Part shown: one piece after another, positions 52,580 through 61,979 of the stretch
Layout: each line of letters opens with the position of its first letter
Numbering within the stretch: the stretch's first letter is position 1
Origin: Chloroflexia bacterium
GTDB lineage: Bacteria; Chloroflexota; Chloroflexia; DTKN01
Reading direction: 5' to 3'
Length of the DNA: 64,000 nt
Assembly: GCA_034433695.1 (NCBI GenBank)
Contig: DAOUAK010000038.1
Coordinates: 2,758-66,757 of the forward strand
Notes under the pieces: model-generated
The model's input: only the letters and a program-made list of their open reading frames with translations
The model's database searches: none
What the model was told of the DNA's origin: nothing
Position numbers and translations under genes: made by a program

Positions 52580-54277
52580 ATGCGACGCGCACGTGTTTGG
52601 TTCCCGATTTTGGTATCCGCCCTGATCGTTGCCCTGATTTCGGTCGGTGTGACCCTGGCCGGCGGCCCACCGATCCCTCCTGACGCCACGCCGCCCCCTC
52701 CTCAACAGCCCCGGCTTCCGGAACGCCACCCCGGCAACGCCCCCGCCGGCCAGGAAACGACCGGGGCCGGCCTGACGGTCGTCCCGACCGGCCAGATCAG
52801 TTACCAGGGGAAACTCCTCCAGAACGGCGCTCCTTACAACGGCAACATCAACATCACCTTCCGCCTCTATAGGGAGGCAAGTGGCGGCACCGCCTTCTGG
52901 GAGGAGACCCAGAATGTGGCCGTCTCGAACGGCCTTTTCAACGTGTTGCTGGGCGCGGTCAACCCGATGGCCGACGCCCAGGAGTTCTATGAGCAGGTCT
53001 GGCTGGGCATCCAGCCGGCCGGAGCCTCGGCCGAACTCACCCCCCGCCAGCCGCTGAGCACCGTGGGCTATGCCATGAACCTCCTCCCCGGAGCGACGAT
53101 GGTGGACCCCGGCCTCACGGGCTACTGGACCTCGTTCTACGTAGAAAGCCATAACCACCCCGCTATATACGGTTTCTCCGACACCGACATCGCCATCACC
53201 GGCGAGACCTCCTACACCGATACCAGCGCCATCGCAGGGCTTTCCTACGGTTGGGCCGGCACCGGCCTCTACGGCTATGCCGAACAGAACGGCACCGGCG
53301 TCTACGGCTACGGTGAGGGCACCGGCGGACTCTTCGGCGGCGGTATCGGCGTCTACGGCGAGGGCAGGAACGGCTTCTTCAGCGTCGGCGTCTACGGCGA
53401 GGGCGATACCTGGGGCGTCTTTGGCACCGGATTCTTCGGCGTGGCGGGCAGCAGCATGGTCACGGAAAGTATCGGCGTCTATGGCATAAGCAGCGGGTCC
53501 GATGCCAGCGGCGTCTACGGCGATATGACCGGCGATGTGCCGTCTTGCCCCGGGGGCGACACCCACTGCGGTGCCGGGGTCTACGGCACCGCCTCCGGCG
53601 ATGCCTACGGCTCCTTCTTCTACGGGAAAAACCGTTCCAGCATCATCGCTTTGGTCGCGCCGGACAACTACTACGGCCTGTGGGTGGACACGTTGGCGTC
53701 TCCGGATGGGGTCGGCATCTGGACAGACGGCCAGAGCCAGTTCGACGACTATGTCATCTTCAACGGCGGCAAGAGCGGCTACGTCGTGGACATCGCCCGC
53801 AACGGCGGGACGGAGCCTTTGGAGCGCGGCGACGTCGTGGTCATCAGCGGCTATGACAGCCCCGTCGTCGGCAACATTCCGGTCATCGTGGTGACCAAAG
53901 CCACGGAGGCCAACGCCACCGGCGTCGTCGGGGTGGTGGACGTGCTCTATGTGCCGTGCGACCGACCCCAGGAGGAGTTACAGGCCGGCGAGGCCTGCGG
54001 CGGCTTCGAGGAGAGCGTTACCACCATCCGGCCTGGCCAGTACCTCGCCGTGGTCACGCTGGGAGCCTATGGCTACATCAAGGTGGATGCCTCGGGCGGC
54101 CCGATCCGCCCCGGCGACCTCTTGACCGCCTCCTCCGTAGCCGGATATGCCGCCAAGGCTCCGCTCCTCACCGTGGAGGGCGTCTCCTTCCACGCTCCCG
54201 GGACGATCATCGGCAAGGCCCTGGGCGGTCTGGACAAAGGCACGGGGTTCATTCCGGTCTTTGTCTCGGCCCGCTAG
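52580..54277 (+). CDS. Secreted/anchored hypothetical protein with Pro-rich linker, conserved N-terminal beta-rich domain and Gly/Tyr-rich GVYG repeats
   Basis: Signal/anchor MRRARVWFPILVSALIVALISVGVTLAGG, PPIPPDATPPPPQQP linker, and ISYQGKLLQNGAPYNGNINITFRLY...VSNGLFNVLLGAV. At least 8 degenerate repeats of G(V/L)(Y/F)G (GVYGYGEG, GVYGEGRNG, GVYGEGDTWGVFGTGFFG, GVYGISSG, GVYGDMTG, GVYGTASG). Confidence 0.5.
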   Translation: MRRARVWFPILVSALIVALISVGVTLAGGPPIPPDATPPPPQQPRLPERHPGNAPAGQETTGAGLTVVPTGQISYQGKLLQNGAPYNGNINITFRLYREASGGTAFWEETQNVAVSNGLFNVLLGAVNPMADAQEFYEQVWLGIQPAGASAELTPRQPLSTVGYAMNLLPGATMVDPGLTGYWTSFYVESHNHPAIYGFSDTDIAITGETSYTDTSAIAGLSYGWAGTGLYGYAEQNGTGVYGYGEGTGGLFGGGIGVYGEGRNGFFSVGVYGEGDTWGVFGTGFFGVAGSSMVTESIGVYGISSGSDASGVYGDMTGDVPSCPGGDTHCGAGVYGTASGDAYGSFFYGKNRSSIIALVAPDNYYGLWVDTLASPDGVGIWTDGQSQFDDYVIFNGGKSGYVVDIARNGGTEPLERGDVVVISGYDSPVVGNIPVIVVTKATEANATGVVGVVDVLYVPCDRPQEELQAGEACGGFEESVTTIRPGQYLAVVTLGAYGYIKVDASGGPIRPGDLLTASSVAGYAAKAPLLTVEGVSFHAPGTIIGKALGGLDKGTGFIPVFVSAR

Positions 54278-54287
54278 GAGGGATGCC

Positions 54288-54578
54288 ATGCGCAAGCAAG
54301 TCGGTCGGATCCTCTTCTCCCTCCTGGTGTTGACCCTGTTCGGCGGCACCGTCCTGGCGCAGACCGGCGACGGCTTCGACCTGACCTGGAACGTGATCGG
54401 CGGGGGCGGCGGAGGCGGCCCGATGACCGGGAGCGACTTCTTCGTGGACAGCACCCTCGGTCAGACGGCCATCGGGCCGGCCACCCAGGGAGACTGGTGG
54501 CTCGGCCAGGGCTACTGGTACGGCACCCCGTCCGCCTTTGGGGTCTACCTCCCGGTGGTCCTCAAGGGCTGGGATTGA
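54288..54578 (+). CDS. Small secreted hypothetical protein (97 aa) with poly-Gly tract
   Basis: Signal peptide MRKQVGRILFSLLVLTLFGGTVLAQT, then DLTWNVIGGGGGGGPMTGSDFFVDSTLGQTAIGP...WWLGQGYWYG. Begins 11 nt after the repeat-protein stop. Confidence 0.4.
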   Translation: MRKQVGRILFSLLVLTLFGGTVLAQTGDGFDLTWNVIGGGGGGGPMTGSDFFVDSTLGQTAIGPATQGDWWLGQGYWYGTPSAFGVYLPVVLKGWD

Positions 54579-54672
54579 GCCGGCGGCAGGGGGCGAACCT
54601 TTGCCCTGCTGCTCCGCTGACCCTCCGGGCACGTAAGGAGGGATTGCATCCACCTGGAAAGCCTATCCAACC

Positions 54673-54706
54673 GGCCAAGGCCCAGGTTCCGGCCTGGGCC
54701 TTGGCC
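54673..54706 (+). terminator. 14-bp perfect GC-rich hairpin (terminator candidate) downstream of the small secreted protein gene
   Basis: GGCCAAGGCCCAGG-ttccgg-CCTGGGCCTTGGCC, followed by TTCTCTGG. Confidence 0.5.
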
Positions 54707-54780
54707 TTCTCTGGAAGGCCGGCCCGGCCAGGGCTACCCCATGGCTCCATCGGCGTCCTCCTCCGGGTATTCTCCCGCAT

Positions 54781-54836
54781 TTGACAAAACGGCTTCCCGG
54801 CTATATACTTCGGAATAGAAATATTCGGAAACGAAT
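54781..54836 (+). promoter_or_regulatory. Putative promoter TTGACA-N17-TATACT plus inverted-repeat operator candidate upstream of marR
   Basis: ttgaca aaacggcttcccggcta tatact. Downstream ATTCG-gaaa-CGAAT palindrome (54823..54836) and direct repeats TTCGGAA x2 overlap the -10/+1 region. Confidence 0.4.
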
Positions 54837-54850
54837 TATGGAGGTACGCG

Positions 54851-55297
54851 ATGGACGAGGCCGGCCGGAAACTCTTTACCGAGACCATCCACGCCTTCCT
54901 TTCCGTCTACCGTTACCTGCGGCGCTATTCGCGCCAGGTTCAAGAAAAAGGGCTCAGCGGCCGACAGGTCTCGACCCTGCGTTACCTCCTGGAGGCCGGT
55001 CCCCAGACGATCGGGCAACTGCGGGACTATCTCTATCTGAACGACAGCACCACCTCAGAACTCGTAACCCGCCTGGAGCAGGCCGGCCTGGTCGTCCGTT
55101 CCCGTTCCGGGAGCGATAGCCGCGTCGTCTTTGTCCACCTGACCCCGGCCGGCCGCGAGACCGCACTCCGCATCCCCCTTGGGGGCATCCCGCTCCTGCG
55201 AGAGCGGCTCAAGCGCCTGCCGCCGGACCGGCTGGCACGCATCCGCGACGCGATGCGTGAAGTCGGCGACCTTCTGGAGATCCCCGATGAATGCTGA
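54851..55297 (+). CDS. MarR-family transcriptional regulator
   Basis: Winged-helix region SGRQVSTLRYLLEAGPQTIGQLRDYLYLNDSTTSELVTRLEQAGLVVRSR...RVVFVHLTPAGRE. Confidence 0.85.
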   Translation: MDEAGRKLFTETIHAFLSVYRYLRRYSRQVQEKGLSGRQVSTLRYLLEAGPQTIGQLRDYLYLNDSTTSELVTRLEQAGLVVRSRSGSDSRVVFVHLTPAGRETALRIPLGGIPLLRERLKRLPPDRLARIRDAMREVGDLLEIPDEC

Positions 55298-57182
55298 GCC
55301 CCTCGCTTCCGGGGTGCCGCGCCGTAGTGGTTCGCTTCGCCTCCTGGGGCGTTGCCTGAGTTACCTGCGACCCAGCGGGCCGCTGGTCTTTTTCTCCTAC
55401 CTCTTCGACATGCTCTGCAACGGCATTGCGCTGGTCATCCCCCTGATCATCCGCGCCATCGTGGACCGGGGCATCAGGGGCGGGGATGTTCCCACGATCG
55501 GGCGGGGCGTCGCCGCCTTGATGGGACTGGCCCTCGTCCGGGGCTTGTTCACCTTCCTTTCCGGCCGCTGGACCGAGATCGCTTCGCAGAACGTTGCCTA
55601 CGATCTGCGGAATGCGTTGTACGCCAAATTGCAATCGCTTTCTTTTTCCTACCACGACCGGGCGGAGACAGGGCAACTCCTCACCCGGGCGGTGAGCGAT
55701 GTGGACCGGGTGCGTTTCCTCACCGGCCGGGCCCTCGTGCGACTGGTCGAGGCGTTGACGCTGCTTCTGGGCATCGCCGTAGCCATGATTCTGCTCCACC
55801 CTACTCTGGCGCTGGTGACCCTGGTGGTCGTTCCGTTGCTCGTTCACCGGGCGCTGGTCTTCGGCCGCCGCTACCGGCCGCTGGCGCAGGCGATTCAACA
55901 ACAACTTTCGGCGCTTACGGCCTTCCTAGAGCAGAATCTGCGGGGAGCACGGATTGTCAAAGCCTTCGCCCAGGAGAGGGCCGAGATTCAACGCTTTGAG
56001 AAGGAAAACGCTGCTCTCTTTGGGCTGAACGTGTCGGCCGCGCGTGTACGGGCGCTCAACCTGCCGCTCCTGCGCCTCCTGGTCAACACCGCCACCGTCC
56101 TTATCCTCCTCTACGGCGGGTCGCTGGTCATGGACGGAGGGTTGACGATCGGCGCCCTGGTCGCTTTCACCACCTACGTGGGGCAACTTCTGATTCCCGT
56201 CCGTCGCCTGGGCATGATCATCCCGGCCATCTCCCAGGCGCTGGCCTCGAGCGAGCGCATCTTTGAGATTCTGGATGCCCCTTCCGAAGTCGCCGACCGG
56301 CCGGATGCCGAGCCGCTCGGACCGGTGCAGGGACACATCCGCTTTGAGCATGTCCACTTTGCCTACTTCGGCCGCCACCGCGTCCTGGAGGATGTGGACT
56401 TTGAGGTACAGCCCGGCCAGGTGGTCGCCCTCCTGGGCACGACCGGCTCGGGCAAGAGCACGATTATCAACCTGATTCCCCGCTTCTATGACCCGACCCG
56501 TGGCCGCATCCTCATAGACGGACGCGACATCCGGGGGGTGACGCTGGCCTCACTGCGTAGGCAGATCGGCATCGTCCTCCAGGATACCACGCTCTTTGCA
56601 GCGACCGTCCGGGAGAACATCGCCTTCGGCCGGCCCGACGCCACGGAGGAAGAGATCGTGGCCGCGGCCCGGAGTGCTGCCGCCCACGATTTCATCATGG
56701 AACTGCCGCAACAATATGACACCCGCATCGGGGAACGCGGGGTGACCCTCTCCGGCGGCCAGAAGCAACGCATTGCCATCGCCCGGGCCATCCTCAAGGA
56801 CCCGCGCATCCTGATTCTGGACGACGCCACCTCCAGCGTGGATGCCGAAACCGAGGCGCTCATCCAGGAGGCCCTGGCCCGGCTGATGGAAGGACGGACC
56901 ACCTTCATCATCGCTCAGCGCCTGAGCACGATTCGCCGGGCCGACCTGGTTCTGGTCCTGGAAAACGGCCGCATCGTGGCCCGGGGACGCCGGACGGCGG
57001 AGCACACCGCCCACGAAGAACTCTTACGCACCTGCGGGTTGTACGCCGAGATTTACTACCGCCAACTGCGGCCCCAGGAGGAGTTACTTCAGGCCACCTA
57101 TACGCCGATGGACCTTGCTCGGCCCGAGGTTGTCTCGTCGGCGGGGGGCCACAGCGGCAACTTTGGAGATTCAGAGCGATGA
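55287..57182 (+). CDS. ABC exporter, fused TMD-NBD half-transporter (MsbA/multidrug type), subunit 1
   Basis: Six-TM domain, Walker A GTTGSGKST, signature LSGGQKQRIAIARA, Walker B ILILDDATSSVD. ATGAATGCTGA overlap with the marR stop. Confidence 0.85.
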   Translation: MNAEPLASGVPRRSGSLRLLGRCLSYLRPSGPLVFFSYLFDMLCNGIALVIPLIIRAIVDRGIRGGDVPTIGRGVAALMGLALVRGLFTFLSGRWTEIASQNVAYDLRNALYAKLQSLSFSYHDRAETGQLLTRAVSDVDRVRFLTGRALVRLVEALTLLLGIAVAMILLHPTLALVTLVVVPLLVHRALVFGRRYRPLAQAIQQQLSALTAFLEQNLRGARIVKAFAQERAEIQRFEKENAALFGLNVSAARVRALNLPLLRLLVNTATVLILLYGGSLVMDGGLTIGALVAFTTYVGQLLIPVRRLGMIIPAISQALASSERIFEILDAPSEVADRPDAEPLGPVQGHIRFEHVHFAYFGRHRVLEDVDFEVQPGQVVALLGTTGSGKSTIINLIPRFYDPTRGRILIDGRDIRGVTLASLRRQIGIVLQDTTLFAATVRENIAFGRPDATEEEIVAAARSAAAHDFIMELPQQYDTRIGERGVTLSGGQKQRIAIARAILKDPRILILDDATSSVDAETEALIQEALARLMEGRTTFIIAQRLSTIRRADLVLVLENGRIVARGRRTAEHTAHEELLRTCGLYAEIYYRQLRPQEELLQATYTPMDLARPEVVSSAGGHSGNFGDSER

Positions 57183-58999
57183 CCTTTTCTTTCGGCATAG
57201 CCCAGGGACCGGGCCACGTACTCGAGGGTTTCGGCGCCAAAGAAGCAACGGGCCGCATCAGCGGGCGCGTGCTCCTGCGCCTGCTCCGCTTCGTCCTTCC
57301 CCACTGGCGTCAGATGCTGCTTGCCGTGGCCCTGATGATCCTCTCCTCCCTGCTCAACCTGGCCGTGCCGTATCTCATCAAGGTGGCCATTGACGATCAC
57401 ATCGCCGCCGGCGATTTTCACGGGTTGCTGTCCGTCTGCCTCTATCTGGCCGGCGCCCTGCTGGTCATCTATTTGGCCTCGGCCGGCCAGACCTATATTC
57501 TCTCCTGGATCGGCCAGCGCGTCCTGTACACACTACGCCGTCTGCTTTTTCGCCACCTTCAGGACCTTTCCGTGCCCTATCACGACCGGCACATCGTCGG
57601 CGTGACGATCTCACGGGTGGTCAACGATGTCGAGGTGATCAACGAACTCCTTTCCCAGGGGCTGGTCAGTATGCTGAGCGATGGGATCCTGCTCCTGGGA
57701 ACGATCGGGGTGATGGTAGCGATGGAGGTGCGGCTGGCCCTGCTCACCTTCGGCGTCCTTCCCCTGATGGTAGGGCTTACGGTCTGGTTCGGGCGTCGGG
57801 CGCGTATGGCCTTCCGCCAGACGCGGGAGACGATCGGCGCGGTGGTCGGAGATTTGGCAGAGAACCTGAGCGGTATGCGGGTGATCCAAGCCTTTGCTCA
57901 GGAAAAGACCACCCAGGAGCGTTTCGAGGCACTGAATCGGGAGAACCGCGATGCCTATGTCGGCGCGATGTCGCTTTCGTTCATCTTCCTGCCGGCCGTG
58001 GACATCCTGAGCCTGATGGCGATCGCCATCGTCCTCTCCGCAGGTGGGGTAATGGCGGCGCAGGGGGTGCTGACGATCGGCGTGGTGGTCGCTTTCCTGA
58101 GTTATGTCAGCCGTTTCTTCGAGCCGATCCAGGACCTAAGCCAGCTTTATACCATCCTGCAGGCGGCAACGGCCGGGGGGGAGCGCGTCCTGGAACTCCT
58201 GGACCAGAGGCCGCTGGTTCAGGATCGCCCCGGCGCCATCGAGGCTCCGCCCCTGGCCGGCCGGGTGGAACTGCGCGACGTAAGTTTCGCCTATCCGGGA
58301 GGAGAGGAGGTCCTGCATCATATCCACCTGACCATCGAACCGGGGGAAACCGTCGCCCTGGTTGGCCCCACCGGGGCGGGCAAGACCTCCATCGTCAATC
58401 TGGTGGCCCGTTTCTATGAGGCGAGCGAAGGCGTGGTGCTGGTGGATGGATACGATATACGCGATCTCACGGCGGAGAGCCTGCACCGGCAGATGGGACT
58501 GGTGCCCCAGGACCCCTTCCTCTTCCCCGGCACCCTTGCCGACAACATCCGTTTTGGCCGGCCGGAAGCCGATATGGAAGAGGTTGTTGCCGCCGCCCGA
58601 CTGGCCAACGCCGACGCCTTTATTCGCAACCTGCCCGAGGGATATGACACCCGGGTTCTGGAAGGCGGGGTCAACCTTTCCCACGGGCAGCGCCAGTTGA
58701 TCTGCATTGCCCGGGCCCTTCTGGTGAATCCGCGCATCCTCATCCTGGATGAGGCCACCTCCAGCGTGGATACCCTAACGGAGGCGCTCATCCAGGAGGC
58801 GCTGGCCCGGTTACTGGCCGGCCGCACGGCCATTGTCATCGCCCATCGGCTGAGCACGGTGCGCAATGCCGACCGCATCTTTGTGCTGGACGGTGGCCGC
58901 ATCGTGGAACAGGGCCGGCACGAGGAGTTGCTGGCGGCCGGCGGGCTATATCGGGAATTGTACGAAAAGCAATTCCTTGCGCGCAACGGTTCGGTCTGA
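57179..58999 (+). CDS. ABC exporter, fused TMD-NBD half-transporter, subunit 2 (heterodimer partner)
   Basis: Walker A GPTGAGKTS, signature LSHGQRQLICIARA (degenerate, so an asymmetric heterodimer), Walker B ILILDEATSSVD. ATGA overlap. Confidence 0.85.
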   Translation: MTFSFGIAQGPGHVLEGFGAKEATGRISGRVLLRLLRFVLPHWRQMLLAVALMILSSLLNLAVPYLIKVAIDDHIAAGDFHGLLSVCLYLAGALLVIYLASAGQTYILSWIGQRVLYTLRRLLFRHLQDLSVPYHDRHIVGVTISRVVNDVEVINELLSQGLVSMLSDGILLLGTIGVMVAMEVRLALLTFGVLPLMVGLTVWFGRRARMAFRQTRETIGAVVGDLAENLSGMRVIQAFAQEKTTQERFEALNRENRDAYVGAMSLSFIFLPAVDILSLMAIAIVLSAGGVMAAQGVLTIGVVVAFLSYVSRFFEPIQDLSQLYTILQAATAGGERVLELLDQRPLVQDRPGAIEAPPLAGRVELRDVSFAYPGGEEVLHHIHLTIEPGETVALVGPTGAGKTSIVNLVARFYEASEGVVLVDGYDIRDLTAESLHRQMGLVPQDPFLFPGTLADNIRFGRPEADMEEVVAAARLANADAFIRNLPEGYDTRVLEGGVNLSHGQRQLICIARALLVNPRILILDEATSSVDTLTEALIQEALARLLAGRTAIVIAHRLSTVRNADRIFVLDGGRIVEQGRHEELLAAGGLYRELYEKQFLARNGSV

Positions 59000-59025
59000 G
59001 GGGCTGCCCTTTCCCCGTGGGTCTT

Positions 59026-60012
59026 TCATTTATCTAGCATCCGCGCCATCTCGTAGAGGCGCATATCCAGCACCTTGCGCCGGCCGGTCACCTCTTCCAG
59101 AGGAACGCTCACCGCCTCGCCGTGGGATAGGCCCACCATCACTCCCCGCTCGCCGGCCAGGAGTTTCTCCACCGCCGCCACCCCCAGCCGCGTCGCCAGG
59201 ATGCGGTCAAAGGCGCTGGGGGAACCGCCACGCTGCACGTGCCCCAGAATCGTCACCCGCGTCTCGAAGCCGGTTTCCTCCCGGTGCTGGTCCAGGTAGA
59301 CTTTGATCTCTTCGGCGCGGTGGCTGGCCCCTTCGGCCACCACGATGATGCAGTGGGACTTGCCTTTGATGTAGGCGTTCTGCAATCCGCGCAGCACTTC
59401 CTCCAGCGTAAAGGGCACCTCCGGGATCAGCACCAGTTCCGCCCCGCCGGCGATCCCGCCCATGAGCGCCAGGTAGCCGCAGTCCCGCCCCATCGTCTCG
59501 ATGAGAAAGGCCCGGCGGTGGGAAGAGGCCGTGTCCTTGATCATATCAATGGAGCGCAGGAGCGTGTTCAGCGCCGTATCCACGCCGATGGCCATCTCCG
59601 TCCCGTAGATATCGTTGTCGATCGAGCCGGGGACCCCGATTACGGTAAAGCCCTTCCGGTGCAGTTCCAGCGCCCCCCGCAGGGACCCATCTCCGCCGAT
59701 GACCACCAGGGCATCCAGGGCGTTTTCGTTCAGGTTGCGCAGCGCCTCCATCTGTCCCCGAGGGGTCATGAACTCGGGCGAGCGGGCCGTCCCCAGGATG
59801 GTTCCGCCGCGCTGGATGATGCCCCCAACGGAGCGGGCGGTCATCTCCTCCATATCGTTGTCAATGAGTCCCTGGTAGCCTCGGCGGATGCCCACGGGGG
59901 TCACCTGATGCTCCAGCGCCGTGCGCACCACGGCGCGGATGGCCGGGTTCATGCCGGGGCCATCTCCCCCGCTGGTCAGGACACCGATTCGGCGAATCGC
60001 GCCCATCTTCAA
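59026..60012 (-). CDS. pfkA: ATP-dependent 6-phosphofructokinase
   Basis: RIGVLTSGGDGPGMN, GGDGS and MGR motifs. ORF begins at TTG 60012, and an ATG two codons downstream is an alternative start. Confidence 0.9.
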   Translation of the reverse strand: MKMGAIRRIGVLTSGGDGPGMNPAIRAVVRTALEHQVTPVGIRRGYQGLIDNDMEEMTARSVGGIIQRGGTILGTARSPEFMTPRGQMEALRNLNENALDALVVIGGDGSLRGALELHRKGFTVIGVPGSIDNDIYGTEMAIGVDTALNTLLRSIDMIKDTASSHRRAFLIETMGRDCGYLALMGGIAGGAELVLIPEVPFTLEEVLRGLQNAYIKGKSHCIIVVAEGASHRAEEIKVYLDQHREETGFETRVTILGHVQRGGSPSAFDRILATRLGVAAVEKLLAGERGVMVGLSHGEAVSVPLEEVTGRRKVLDMRLYEMARMLDK

Positions 60013-60061
60013 CCCCAGATACCGGCCCCAGGGCCGTTTTTCCTAAAGATGCCCATTGGGG

Positions 60062-60090
60062 ATTATACTACCCCCTTCGGGTTTGAGCAA
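60062..60090 (-). promoter_or_regulatory. Putative promoter TTGCTC-N17-(TAG)TATAAT for pfkA
   Basis: Minus-strand reading ttgctc aaacccgaagggggtag tataat, ~55 nt upstream of the pfkA start. Confidence 0.4.
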
Positions 60091-60160
60091 AACCTTTTGG
60101 AGTGGGCTGATCCGGTCCCGCCTACGAAGCACCGTGTTCGGCAAGCACTCCACGGGAAGA

Positions 60161-60844
60161 TCAGGACTTGCCCCTCCCACCATGCCCTCCGCCGGCCTCC
60201 CGGGCGATTTCGAGAGCCCAGGGCGTGGCCAGGCGGGCCGGCTCCAGGGCCAGGAGCGCCTGGGCTTCCTCCAGGGAACGGATTTCCCCCATCGCCCCCA
60301 GAAGACAATCCGGCCCGACGAACTCGGCCAGCCGCCGGAACATGGTCGGAGTAATCGGCTGGGGAACAAAGGTGCCGGCCAGCAGAAAATCGGCCCCACA
60401 CTCCCGGACCAGGCGCACCACTTCCCGCTGTTCTGCCAGGCTCAGGAGGTCCACGTAGATGAGCACCTTGACCCGGGCCTCGGGGTTCACCTGCCGGCAT
60501 TGCTTGAGCACATACGCCACGTCCTGCCGGAAGGTCTCCCGGTAGCCGCTTTTGTAGGCGGAAAGGTTGGGCACCAGGGTAACCTCCATAGCCCCTTCTT
60601 CCAGGGCCAGCCGCGCCTCCAGCCCTTTGACCGAGGCGGTGTGCGTCCCCATCGGGTAGCCCACCACGACGCCCATCCGCACCGGCGACTGGGCCAGCGC
60701 CAGGCCGGTAAAGCGGGCCCACACCGGGGGCACCGTCAGAGCAACCAGGTGAAGGTCTTTGGCCGCCATCGCCAGCCGACGCACCTCCTCTTCGATGCTG
60801 TCCGGACGCAGGGCAACGAGTTCCATCCGAGAGGTGATTTCCAT
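60161..60844 (-). CDS. DeoC/LacD-family class I aldolase-fold protein (deoxyribose-phosphate aldolase-like)
   Basis: [28 protein letters not shown] resembles DERA [37 protein letters not shown] resembles KAGADFIKTS, but the Schiff-base Lys positions appear substituted. This alignment is from memory. Confidence 0.55.
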   Translation of the reverse strand: [227 protein letters not shown]

Positions 60845-60878
60845 CGTTTCCTCCTCAAGCCCTCGGACGGCGCAGCGT

Positions 60879-61979
60879 TTAGCCGGAGATAAAGGCTTCC
60901 GTCAGCCGGTAAGCCTCTTCGTCCGGAATCTGCCGTGGGGGCGTCTTCATAAAGTAGGCCGAGGGTGCCTCGATGGCCCCCTTGAGGCCGCGGTCCAGGG
61001 CTAACTTGCAGCAGCGCACCGCATCAATGACCACGCCGGCCGAGTTGGGGCTGTCCCACACCTCCAGTTTGCACTCCAGCGTAATGGGCGAGCCGCCGAA
61101 AGCCGTGCCCTCCATACGGATGTAGCAGAACTTGCGGTCCAGAAGCCACGGTACATAGTCGCTGGGGCCGATGTGGATGTCGCCCTCCGGCAGGCGATAG
61201 TCCAGTTCGGCGGTGACCGCTCCGGTCTTGGAAATCTTTTTCGATTCCAGCCGTTCTCGCTCCAGCATGTTCAGGAAATCGGTGTTCCCGCCGAAATTCA
61301 GTTGATAGGTACGCTCCAGGCGCACGCCCCGCTGGCGGAAGAGATGGGTGAGGGCCCGGTGCAGGATGGTCGCTCCGACCTGCGATTTGATGTCGTCGCC
61401 GATCACCGGCAGCCCCCGCTCCTCGAAGCGGCGTTGCCAGTACGCCTGAGAAGCGATAAAGACCGGGATGCAGTTGACAAAGCCGCAGCCGGCCTCCAGT
61501 ACCTGCTCCACATACCACTTGGTTGCCATCTCCGAGCCGACCGGCAGGAAGTTGACCACGACATGGGTGCCGGTCTCCCGGAGGATGCGGACAATGTCAT
61601 CTGTGGAGCCGGGCGCCTTACGAATCACCTGGGAGAGGTACTTGCCCAGCCCATCGTGGGTCATCCCCCGATGCACAGGCACACCCAGGTGGGGAACATC
61701 GGCGAAGTGACGTGTGTTGTTCGGCGCGGTGAAGATGGCCTCGGATAGATCCTCGCCCACCTTGTTGGCATCAATGTCAAAGGCGGCCGAGAACTCGATG
61801 TCGCCGACGTGGTAGCCCCCCAGGACGACGTGCATCAGCCCGGGGACAAACTCCTCCGGCGGAGCGTTGCGGTAGAAATACACCCCCTGGACGAACGATG
61901 AGGCACAGTTGCCGACGCCGATGATGGCGACACGAACTTTTTCACCCATACGACCCTCCTTTGCTTGGCGAACGTTCAC
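60879..61979 (-). CDS. ino1: myo-Inositol-1-phosphate synthase (bacterial/archaeal short type)
   Basis: [23 protein letters not shown]-terminal Rossmann motif and conserved catalytic-region motifs. 366 aa. Confidence 0.85.
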   Translation of the reverse strand: MNVRQAKEGRMGEKVRVAIIGVGNCASSFVQGVYFYRNAPPEEFVPGLMHVVLGGYHVGDIEFSAAFDIDANKVGEDLSEAIFTAPNNTRHFADVPHLGVPVHRGMTHDGLGKYLSQVIRKAPGSTDDIVRILRETGTHVVVNFLPVGSEMATKWYVEQVLEAGCGFVNCIPVFIASQAYWQRRFEERGLPVIGDDIKSQVGATILHRALTHLFRQRGVRLERTYQLNFGGNTDFLNMLERERLESKKISKTGAVTAELDYRLPEGDIHIGPSDYVPWLLDRKFCYIRMEGTAFGGSPITLECKLEVWDSPNSAGVVIDAVRCCKLALDRGLKGAIEAPSAYFMKTPPRQIPDEEAYRLTEAFISG

